Part shown: piece by piece, positions 29,661 through 40,300 of the stretch
Layout of the letters: the number at the start of each line of letters is the position of its first letter
How positions within the stretch are numbered: position 1 is the first letter of the stretch
Source: Auanema rhodensis
Taxonomy: Eukaryota > Animalia > Nematoda
Direction of reading: 5' to 3'
Length of the DNA stretch: 64,000 bases
Assembly: GCA_964057225.1 (NCBI GenBank)
Contig: OZ059899.1
Coordinates: 12,214,001 to 12,278,000, forward strand
Notes under the pieces: model-generated
Told to the model about the DNA's origin: nothing
What the model saw: only the letters and a program-made list of their open reading frames with translations
Database searches by the model: none
Made by a program: the position numbers and the translations under genes

Positions 29661-30162
29661 ATCGAAGCTTCCGATCTCTGTCATGTTACCGAAGACTGAA
29701 AATAGATCCAAATAAAAAAACAAAAAAAAATCGGCTACTTTTCTAGTTTTAGGAAGATTCATGATTCCCTGTCACACTCATGTGATTTAATAGACATTCA
29801 TATGTTCGAATTTTTCTCTTAAAACGGCTTCTCCGAAATTGTAATCATTCCTCATATTTCAAAGCTTCTTACTAAGTTTAACCGATACAGGTATATTCTC
29901 TGTAAGAAGTTTTGGTTTTTTCTAATTGAATCAGAGTATTTTTGATATTTAGCGTGAAAGTAAACAGCAATTTCTGTTTCAGTACGAATTTACCGATTTC
30001 TTGAACTTGACTTTAAAAATCGCGTTTGATCATATCGTCAAAGCCGCGGTATATTGTTTTTAACTTACCAAAAGAAATTTAGTCATTAGATTGTGACTAA
30101 TACCCTTTTTCGTGTAAAAATACGTCATGCTGATATGGTAACACAAAGTAACTGTGAACTGA

Positions 30163-30243
30163 AGTAGTATACAAAAGGTTGACGCTGGCGCACCTTTTTT
30201 GCCCAAATGCGATTTTTTCAGATTTTCATCATTTTAAAAACAT
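30163..30243 (+). repeat. Left terminal inverted repeat (81 bp)
   Basis: Reverse complement of 33425-33505 with 3 mismatches; followed by degenerate subterminal copies of TGGCGC...TTTTGCCCA at ~30312 and ~30396. Confidence 0.95.
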
Positions 30244-30506
30244 TTTTTCATTGAAAATCATACTTAATTTCCCCGAAATGTGTCATTTTTAAAAAATGAC
30301 CAAAATATGTCTGGCGCTCCACTTACCCATTTTGCCCAAATGACGTTTTTTTGCAGATTTTCAGCAATTTAAAGCATATTTTAATTAAAAATGACTGGCG
30401 CAAGCTCAGCCTATTTTGCCCATTTTTCCCAGCACACCTTTTTTTTTTCAAATTTCAGCTTTTCAACATTTTCACATAAAAATAGCTTTCATAAATAAAT
30501 AAAATA

Positions 30507-30892
30507 TCAAATTTTAAAAAAGATTTAAAAGCTTTGAATAATCTGGATCTTGAAGAACTTGTTAAAAAGCTAGGAATCAAGAACTTTAGAGGAATCTTTA
30601 TCCGTGATATTCTACCAAATAAGATTCAAATGATAGTGGTACTCATTGGGTATGTTATTCTAAGAAAAACAAAGAATGATATTACTTTGACTCGTTTGGA
30701 TTAGATCCTCCATTAGAACTCCAAGAGTATTTGAAAACCTCAAAAGAGGAAAATAAAACATCTGATATAATATTATCAACTTTCCGAATTCAAGAATATA
30801 ATACACTTCACTGTGGTTATTATTTCTTATTATTTCTCAAATTATTAGAATCGCATGACTTCAGAAATACTATTTTATCACTCCTAAACTAA
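30507..30892 (+). pseudogene. Maverick adenain-like (C5) cysteine protease remnant
   Basis: LNNLDLEELVKKLGIKNFRGIFIRDILPNKI/(deletion, frameshift)/NDSGTHWVCYSKKNKE*YYFDSFGLDPP...RIQEYNTLHCGYYFLLFL: H-W, YFDSFG and Q..CG catalytic motifs; one stop and one frameshift. Confidence 0.9.
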
Positions 30893-31279
30893 TATTAGTT
30901 CTGGTTTGATAGATGTATGTATTTTTGGACTAATGTATTGTATTAACACTACCAAAAGCTAAAGTATTTTTATTACATCAAGAGTAAAGTCTTTGTCTCG
31001 TCAAACACATTGACCCTTTGCATCCTTGATGAACAAAAATGCTCAAACTGAAAAAGAATATTGGAGGTACAGGCAAACACAAATTCTTCAAGTAATAATT
31101 GACAATTACAAATTTGCAAAAGAAAAATCTAATATAAACGACAATATTCGAGAAAATACCCAAATACTCAGAAAAAAAAGGCTCACATAGTTAAGAAGGA
31201 AAAAAAACAAAAAAACAAAGACTAGAAAACGATATTTGGTAATCAAAAATAATAATACATAAAACCCAAAAAGGGCTGG

Positions 31280-31625
31280 CTAAATGGTTAAAATGACCAT
31301 TTTGAAAAAAGAAGCATAACAGCAGAAACAATGTTCGTAAGGAACAAGGGCATGTAAGTCTACATTAGATGCTAGCGATTGCTAATCAATTTCAGGGTAG
31401 ACCTTTAGAAAATTGACGACCAAAAAAATGATCTAATGACCCAAAATTGACAAGGCTGATTCAAATGATTTACATAAAAGCAACTCTAAAAAAATTTATT
31501 TCAGAAATGAGGATTCCTTTTCAAAATCAGCACAAGACTTGGGAATTTACCACTACAAAAAGACTCACATCAAGACGAAAACGGAAATCGATAGATATAT
31601 CCAAAAGAACAATAATCAAATATAA
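31280..31625 (+). pseudogene. Second intron-containing cargo gene remnant inside the Maverick, convergent with the HEPN-like gene
   Basis: Canonical 42-nt intron gtaagt...tttcag (31354-31395); probable 50-nt intron 31455-31504 (GC or mutated donor, tttcag acceptor); last exon NEDSFSKSAQDLGIYHYKKTHIKTKTEIDRYIQKNNNQI*. Upstream exons contain stops; start is approximate. Confidence 0.4.
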
Positions 31626-32536
31626 ACAGAGTATTGACAATTATAATTTCTGCCACCAAGTTTAATCGAATACGTTTTGTTTTCAATTGTGGCTTTTGGA
31701 TACTTTCCATCTATGAAACTCTTTTTGAAATCGTCCCACAATTGCTCCCTGTCAAATTTTTCAAGTTCGGAGACAAATCCTTCAACATCGCATATTATCT
31801 TCTTATATTCATCGGCTTTAAAACCTTCTGAGCCATATACTGATCGATACATTCTAAATTTATTTAATAGTAGAGTTACAAGAGAAATAAAAGAATCAAA
31901 AAATTTTAATCAAATGAATATAAAGGGAAATTTTGATAATAAATGAAATATCGAGAATAAACTTATGCATTAAAGCATATAAGCTTAAAAAGGCTTACAT
32001 TTCTGCTTTCGTCCAACCGTCAATGAGTTTTAGGAAAACATCGGTGGGCAGTTTTGAAGCGAAACGTTGCGTGGCAAATCGGCAGCAATAGGTCAAAGAG
32101 CTGTCCGACTTGAGGTCTACACCTGAAACTTTCGAATAAATACCTACAATAAGCGATAAATAATACCTCCACAAGACAAGTACAGCTGTTTCACAGCGTA
32201 AACCGCGGCAAACCATGTATTTTCAGCTGCTTGGATGAGATCGGGAGGCTATTGTGCACAACAATGACGAGCCTTTGCTACAAAAGACCTGGCGTCGTAG
32301 AGTTCCAATTCACTCTAAAAACAAAATAACTTTTAAAAAGTCTTTGTTAACTCGAATTTTTAATTTTAGAAAGCTTATTAGTACCCATTAAAAAAAGATC
32401 AAAATAAATCATACGGGGGACTTCCATTTTTCAAATCTTCAATCGTGACGTTTTCCTTGAATTGATTTCGAACATCTTCAAAATCGTCTTCTCCTACCCA
32501 GACAGCAACCCCGTTGACAAGAAATTTTTTGAACAT
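31616..32536 (-). pseudogene. Four-exon PaREP1/HEPN-like cargo gene inside the Maverick
   Basis: tttcag then ATG at 32536: MFKKFLVNGVAVWVGEDDFEDVRNQFKENVTIEDLKNGSP | ELELYDARSFVAKARHCCAQ*PPDLIQAAENTWFAAVYAVKQLYLSCG | GVDLKSDSSLTYCCRFATQRFASKLPTDVFLKLIDGWTKAE | IMYRSVYGSEGFKADEYKKIICDVEGFVSELEKF...VYI*. In-frame TAG at 32249-32251. Confidence 0.7.
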
Positions 32537-33018
32537 AATGAAATCCTGAAATAAAAATTTTAGTTATTAAAAATGAACGAAAAAATAATGAAATACAATG
32601 AAAATACGAATGAAACTGTAAGAATAGTTAGGGTTAACGTTCCCTCTAAAAAGAGCTCTAATGGAAGATATGATGTTAACAATTTCTCTCCTTCCGTCTC
32701 TGCTTTCCACTCCAGCCCAACGCGTTTGCGTGTAGCCTCGCGTGCGTATAGTTCAACTGGAGCCAATGTGTGATTGTGCTCGGTCACAGTGAGGAAGAGA
32801 AAAGAAGGTCACACAAAGAGAAAGTAAAATTGCCAGGGTGAAGGTATCACAAATTGAGAAAACTGAAGGAAAAAGAGAGAGTGGTTAATCTGTAAGATCT
32901 AGAACTCGACGAGTTTGGTCACACTATAAACTTCTCGAAGGTGCTAGCAAACAGGTATGAAAGAACGAAGTGTATCATTTGAGAACGATTTGCGTCGCAG
33001 ATATTCTTCAGTTTTGAT

Positions 33019-33420
33019 ATGTTAAACAGAAAATCTTGCAGTACAGAGGGTTATCTATATGCTAAGTTAGTTTGGAATAAAATGAATTGCAAAAATTTAG
33101 AAGATTATACTAGAATTTATATGATTAATGATGTCCTTCTCTTGGCAGATGTTTTTGAGTATTTTAGAAACTTAAGTGTCAGGGTTTATGAGCATGATCT
33201 TTGTTGGTATTTCACAAGTCCGGGATTAGCTTGGGATGCTATGTTAAGAAAAACTTAAGTAGAATTAGAAGTACTGCAAGTTGTTGAGAAATACCGATGA
33301 TTGAGAAGGGAATAAGGGGTGGTATTGTTAATGCTGTCAAAAGATACTCTAAGGTTAATAATAAATACAATCCAAACTTCAATGCATCGATACCTTCAAA
33401 CTTCCTTTTGTATTTAGATT
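33019..33420 (+). pseudogene. Protein-primed family B DNA polymerase (pPolB) fragment
   Basis: YAKLVWNKMNCKNLEDYTRIYMINDVLLLADVFEYFRNLS...WYFTSPGLAWDAMLRKT*VELE.../MIEKGIRGGIVNAVKRYSKVNNKY...FLLYLD: typical Polinton PolB motifs (DVLLLADVFE.FR, PGLAWDAML, IRGG, YLD); truncated by the right TIR. Confidence 0.93.
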
Positions 33421-33424
33421 TTAG

Positions 33425-33505
33425 ATGTTTTTAAAATGTTGAAAATCTGCCAAAATCGCATTTGGGCAAAAAAGGTGCGCCAGCGTCAACCTTTTGTATA
33501 CTACT
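33425..33505 (-). repeat. Right terminal inverted repeat (81 bp)
   Basis: Ends ...CCTTTTGTATACTACT, abutting TSD AACTGA; joined directly to the truncated pPolB fragment. Confidence 0.95.
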
Positions 33506-34343
33506 AACTGAGCTCCACAAAAATCATTAGTCACTAACTGGAGGCTGGTGTTGCGAAAGTATATGTGAAGATAGTTTTTCTTCAATATCCTGTGTTATTT
33601 CGAAAAAATTCACCGCCTCATGTGTCATTGTCTTTTCTGACAAAGGTTGTTCATATAAATGTATATGTGGACCGTGTTCAAATTTTATTTCGAAACATGA
33701 CAGTAATACGTCGCCATGTTTGTCTGTGAAATGCATTAGTACATTTTTTTTTTCTGCCAAAGAAGAAATGAATCCGAAATACTCAATGTCGTCACCTACC
33801 TACTGACACATTAACCTGCAGACTTTCCCAGAGTGCAATTGCACTTTTACAACTACAACTTCAGGAAACATAAACTTTCAAAGTCTGAAAGGAAAAAAAT
33901 GAAATGAAAACGAAACGATTCGCATTTGATTTATTTCCTCTCTGTATGCATGCATTTGAAACAGAGAAAGTGATTTAACTAGATTATATAGTGTATATGT
34001 TCTTTCATAGATGTTTATTACTTTATCTTTTTTAAATATATGAAGATCGTCATTTGGAGCTAATGTAATTGAGATACATGCTTATGCGGATTATTCCGCA
34101 GACAAGCTTGAGAATGTTCTTACTCAAATAATGTAAAACATGGAGGAATGCACAAATGAAATAAAATAGGAAGTGAAATATGAATAAATGGCCATTTAAC
34201 AATTGACTAGGGCAAATCATGATATCAATATTATGTTGTTGATTAATGCTAATAAACCTGATGAAATACCAGTACCGGCATTTAACTCGATACCGTACAG
34301 TGTCATATCGTAATTTTGTATAATCGTAGATTCCTAATTTGAA

Positions 34344-37300
34344 TTAAACCCAGTACTGGCTATCTGATGGCTTTTGAGTGGAAATCTGCTTAAACAATGG
34401 CATGACAGGCGGTGTTTCATTAATCAAACCAGCATAGTCGAGTGTGGGTTGGTGTCGTCTCTTCATTGAGGGAGTTTGCGTCACAGAGCTTGTAGCTGCT
34501 CCTCGATCAAAGCTTCGCATTGCAGGTCTGTTGGATTCTTGACGATTAGTGCCCCCTACGGTAGCGAACACCGTGCTACCTGCAAAGTTAAGTAAAAATA
34601 AGGGAAAAGCATGAATGCAACAGTTTTGTGAATCATGTATATCTCAAACTAACCTAAAAGATCAGGCTTTTCTTGAGATATTGAACCACTCGGGGTGGGT
34701 GGTAAACGTGGAGGGGTCAGTTGAGGTATAACCTGCAGATGATAGTCAGCATTTTCATAAATTATTGAAAAGTATACCTCTTTGGGCTTTTTCTTTCGGT
34801 TTAGACATATAACTAATAAAACAGTAGTTAACATGATTGCAATGAGAACTACAACAGGTATTTGATCACCAATAGGGACCAGGCGAGGAAGCTCAGCGGG
34901 GTGAGTAAACTCCTTTTTTGGCTGTATTTCATTTTTTTCTACAACATCGTCGGAATCCACTGAGGGAACTATCGTTATATCCAAGACTATTCTCGCTGGT
35001 TGAACTGTATCAGCTCTAACTTCTAATTCGAGATGTTCAGTAACCTAAATATATCTGGTTAGTATATAATCGAACACTTATCACAAACTTCTTTAGCTGT
35101 TTGAAAAGCTTGATAATACACTCGACCCCTAACAATATCAGGATATGTGAAAAACAGTGCTGAATGATCAGAAGATGGATCCAACGTTATCTTTCCGAAT
35201 GCTGGAGGATTTACAAGTAAAAATCGAGGCGTTGAGCCCTGAAGCACATTATTTGAATTGCTAGTAAAATGTGATGTAGTTACTTGTAGAGCGGAAGCAT
35301 TTAATTGGCTGGAAGTGAGAGGAGTAATGCTATTTGATTCAACAATAACAGGCTGCACTTCAACAAGCGAACGAACCTGAAAAAAAGATATGAAAGGCTT
35401 CATACTTTATGGTTTCTTACTCTAATATCTGATCTATTTTTCAGCATATCTCTATCAGCATTTGCCATTACGAATTGAAAAGAATCCTTAAGATTAATCA
35501 ATAATCTAAGCAAAATTTTTACTAATACCTGGTAAGAATGCATATTCAATTGTGCATAAAGCACACGACCTTCATCTATATCTTCTTGAGTAAATGTTTT
35601 AACTTCTTTTTCACCAGCTACCCAATAGAAAGTTCCATTTTCCGGACCAGATGTTATTTTATATCTTATCTGTGTTCGATCACCATTTGTGTAAGCACCA
35701 AGATGTGAACTGAAACTTATAGAATATCCTACGAAATTCAAAAAGGTGCCGAACCGGTTTAATACCACATATGTTTTTCCTTGTGGATACTCGATAGTAG
35801 TGTGATTTTCGAGTGTTAAATCAAGTGGTCTGATTTTTACTATTAAAGCTCGAGAATGTCCTTCAGCTGACAAGACTATAATGTCGCTAGATGAGGCCGC
35901 GGCGAGTGTGGGTGTGTGAACAACGGATACCAGACCTTGGTTTATCTGAAATATTCCCATAGATGTAATGCATGTCCATTTATTATAATTTAACAGATTA
36001 CAAATCTACCTCTTCTTGACTGAAAAATTGTTTTCGTTTACTATCCACTCGTATTTCAGTTCCTACTCTCCCGGACTGTATTATCTGAATACATATTGGT
36101 CTTGGAAATAAGGCAAAGCAGTTCAAACCTCGTAAACAATGGATTGAGGGGGCACATGAGGATGGGCTGCTAAGTAGGAATTGCTTGAGAGTTCAGTAGA
36201 TCCTGAACTGAGGACTGATATCATCGGTTCAAAGTGAAGAATCTATATAAATGAAATTTGTATGTTATAACATCATATATGTTTAATAACCTGAACCAGA
36301 GGATCTCGATGATTTTGTATTTTTATTGGAACTGTAACACGCAAACGACTACTACGTTTTGTAGCTTCGCTCAGAGGATATACAAACAGCATAATTGAGT
36401 CATCTCCTGTATCCTCACCCTGAATATCTTCATAAGTCATTAGTTGAGATATTTAACAGAAAGTACATGATTCCTGTATATAGGTTGAACTCCGTTTTTG
36501 AAATCTTCAACTGCTACAACTCCGCGATTACCATCCAACCATTCTAATGAACCGTATCTGGGCATTTTTCCAACTTCAATAACCAATGACTGGAAAAAAT
36601 GAATAATACTAATAATAACAATAATAACAATAATATAAGGTAAATGATTATTTTAGATATTATTCACCTCATCTTCAGCAGCAAGAACAAGCTCATCTAA
36701 GTTCAAATGAGTACTGTTCAATGCAATTGAACCTCCTCGAGAAAGTATCATTGGACTGAGTGAGATAAATCGAGATAAATCCTCGTTAGCTGCAGCATAA
36801 GTTGATGAAATGCGGAACCTACATGTGTGAATATAAAAATATCGTTTAATTAAGTATAATACCTGAATTCATGTTCAATTGGCCGATCTGAGCCATTTCT
36901 AGAAACAACAAAGCTGAAAGAATCTTTTCGGGTCCACTGTTTTTGAGGAGACAATTGATTTGAATACAGGATATTCCGTTTATTTATCTAAAAAATGAAT
37001 AATTTAAGTCTAAATTTTTGACATAATTTTGTATTTTACATCATGTTGACTGAATTTATTAACTTCTTTTCCATCTTTTTGTATCTGTCCATAATTAGGT
37101 GGTTTCACGATAGAAAACAATACTTCTCCTGGATGTGTCTAAAATATTTTATACTAAAAAGAAAAAATATAATTGATAATTACATTAGGTAGATTGGCTC
37201 GGAGCAAGTCGACTCCAATGATATTCAAGCTTTGAGGTGCAGCAATTAGCCGGGAATTTGATTCTAGTACTGGTGAGGATGTAGACCAGCTTTCAATTGA

Positions 37301-40300
37301 AAACCATTCGGGTCCAATTTGATGAACAGTATCAGAGAGCAAAAACGAGAAACCACCCGAATTAGAAGAATCTGAATATTGAAACAGTAGACTGATACAT
37401 CGATAATGACTTACTTGCAAAGCGAATATAAGCAACGAGGTTATCATCAACTTGTTTTTGCGAGAAGTTATAGATTGCTCTATCGATCTCATTAACATTA
37501 ACAATCATACCATTACTTGGACGAGAAATTAGGAAGAATACAGAATCAGGTATAGTATCAGGATCCTTTCAGAGAAAATAAAAAACATTTACATATTATA
37601 TAAGAAAGATCATACCTCCGTATCCAAATGCATATTTGTTATCAAAGCTTTATCACCATTCACACGCAATATTTCATTTCTCAGAAGTTGTGGACCTGAT
37701 GAATTTGATATAAAGATTCCAATCAAACTATTTCTTACTTTGAACATTTCGTTTTGCCAACATAACATCAACAACCATTTCATTAGTACAAGTATTTTGT
37801 GATATACAGGCAATAATTCCAAATTCATCTTGAGTAGCCATTTGACTTTTATCGGACACATACACTATACGTCGTTCACGTAAATCAGATCCTGAGAATG
37901 ATTCTAAAATATTTTTATTAATTTATATTTATATAAATATATAAAACCTATTGAACTTATATTATCAACATTCCAATTATCTCGAACTATCCATCCATAC
38001 AGAGGTTGTTTCGAAATCTACAAAAATTTATTCATTTAAATTTACTTTTTCATGGAATTCAGTACTTTCAAGACATAATCATCACGATCTGAGGATGACA
38101 CATTCAGAATTTGTGTAGAAATTACAGAAGAGCCACCGGAAAAGACACTAACATCTTGAGTTTTCAACTTAACCTGAAACAATTCAATCAATTATATTGT
38201 TTGTTAATAAACAAACAAAATGCTCATAAATGTCCATATACAAGGTATATGGTCCCTTGGTAACATGAGGAGAAGAAATGTTGAATTCAAATGAATCTCT
38301 GCCTGATCCCGTTGAAGCATGAAGGTATTGCAACCGTCCAAGATCAATATCAGCTTGACAAAATCGTATTACAGATAACTGAACCGAAGAGGAATTTTCT
38401 GAATAATTGGAATAATTGGAAGATATGAGTGAAAAACGCTTTACCCTTTTCCAGAACAAGAGAGCCTTCTTGCGGTTGTTTAATCACAATATACCATAAC
38501 TGATCTGCTTGAGTTGCTCCATCCACCTATAGAATGTATATTTAATATTTTATAATTATGTAAGTTTGTCAACCTGTTCAAGATTAGTTTTATCAATTAC
38601 GACGGCTCCTCCAACAGGAACCTGAAGAGGCTGACTTTTTCTGAGTTCCAATGTCGATCCCAATGAACGTCTGGTTATACTAATCTAAAGAAGAAACACT
38701 GTTATATTATATGTGATGAAGCTTTATTACTCGTGTTTTCAGTTCTCGGTCACCAACTTTCAACACAATATCTTCCTCATCGACTCCGTGTACTTTATAA
38801 GCTACATCACCATTAATAATATCTTGTTGAGTGAAGTTATTAACAGATCTCCAATTATCTCTATTAACAGTGTCTCGTATACGAAATCCACTTCCTTTCG
38901 TCAGTATGAGGATATCTGAAGGTCGAACATCTAAATTCGTTCCTACCGACAAATTTCCGGTACTCAATTCTGAAATAGTGGACGAGAATATCTGTTTGGT
39001 AACTTTAGAGAAATACCAATTTGCACTTCATCCCCGGGTAAGCAACAATACTGTATGAATGCATCTGCTAATCTAACAAACGGCTCACTCGCTTCAATTC
39101 GCAAACTACCCTTAACCAGATGTTTGCCATCAGTTACAGAATATCTGAAGAAGATTTCAAATGTCCAATCCCATTCCAAGTTTATAAAATGCTTACGTGA
39201 TGGAAAAATTAGTTTTATGACCCAAATGTCGAATCATTACACGATTGTCTTTTAAGTCATTTTCAGTAAAATGTGTCATGGGTAAATACGGTGAAACAGT
39301 TGAAAGAACAGCAACATCCTAATTTAATTATATTATATAATTATTAAAATAGAAGATACCTTAATAGGCTGACTAAAATCAAATTTTAAAGCCGGTGCAT
39401 CGACATCATCATCTTTCCAATTTAACAAGTATGGATGAAGTATCCGTTCACCACGTTCGACCATCTGAAACAATATATTGATATTCAACGTGTAACAAGA
39501 ATCAGTACCTGTATAACATCAGATCCTATTAGACGAGGTGGATTATCATTTGTAAGGATAATGCTAAATGTCATCCATAAAGGTATTTTTCTTCCTCGAC
39601 TGAAAGTTGATTCTGCTGTTAAATAAACACGATCAGTTCTAGCTTCATCTCCCGAATGGCTATAAATCAACCTGAATAATCAAATTTATAAAATAATTGA
39701 AGATATTAAGAAATACTTTTCATTCAAAATATCCTTTGTTGTAAAATTAGCTAAATGTCCAAGTCGACGAGAGCCATCTTGCATCTATACTCAAAATTAA
39801 TAATTGGTTAAATTGTAATAATTACCTTTAGCTGAAAAAAACCATGACTAGGTGGAATTGTTATTGAAAATATGAATTGTTTATCATCTGAAGTAGATAA
39901 AGAAAGAGAATCCGAAGTAATCTATAAAATTATGTAATAACTATTTCAAATAACCATTATTATAAAAACCGTTGCAGTGGCACCTTCTTCTAAGACAATT
40001 GTTCGATTGATTAATTGGATGGAAGATGGAGAAGGCACAAAAATAATCTGAAAAAAGTACTAAGAAAGATTTAAGCTTAGTAATTAAACACCTCAAAATG
40101 CTGAGTTTCAGAAGAAACAGATGGAGAAACTACTTGAAATAGAAAGAAATCGTTAACTATTGAAAAATGCATGAAATGTAGCTTATATTGTATAAGACCA
40201 TTGTCAATATCCTGAAATATAATAATTCGAACTATTTTATAAAAATCTAAACAAACTTGTTGTGTAAAATTTGAGGAAACTCCTATACGTCTACTCTTTT

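Larger units (their letters stand above)
30163..33505. mobile_element. Internally deleted (non-autonomous) Maverick/Polinton, 3343 bp
   Basis: TIRs begin AGTAGTATACAAAAGGTTGACGCTGGCGCACC; 6-bp TSD AACTGA at 30157-30162 and 33506-33511; remnants of an adenain-type protease and a protein-primed PolB inside. Confidence 0.95.
29787..33871 (-). pseudogene. Decayed spliced host gene (possible N-terminal PB1-like domain) interrupted by the Maverick
   Basis: tttcag acceptor at ~33885, ATG at 33871: MFPEVVVVKVQLHSGKVCRLMCQ*VGDDI..KKNVLMHFTDKHGDVLLSCFEIKF...QHQPP | intron containing the element | LLCVTISA*RIFTRKR | LKTIYRGFDDMIKRDF*SQVQEI | ENIPVSVKLSKKL*NMRNDYNFGEAVLREKFEHMNVY*. Exon phases are consistent but there are four in-frame stops. 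Confidence 0.45.

Noticed and set aside
32560-32787. ORF-track 75-aa ORF as the first exon of the HEPN-like cargo gene
   Set aside because: Starts at GTG, not ATG; the ATG at 32536 behind a tttcag acceptor is the simpler start, although an upstream exon cannot be excluded.
29787-33871. Stop-codon reassignment or readthrough as an explanation for in-frame stops in the cargo and flanking genes
   Set aside because: All three stop codons occur, along with frameshifts, and intact host genes use the standard code; decay is the simpler explanation.
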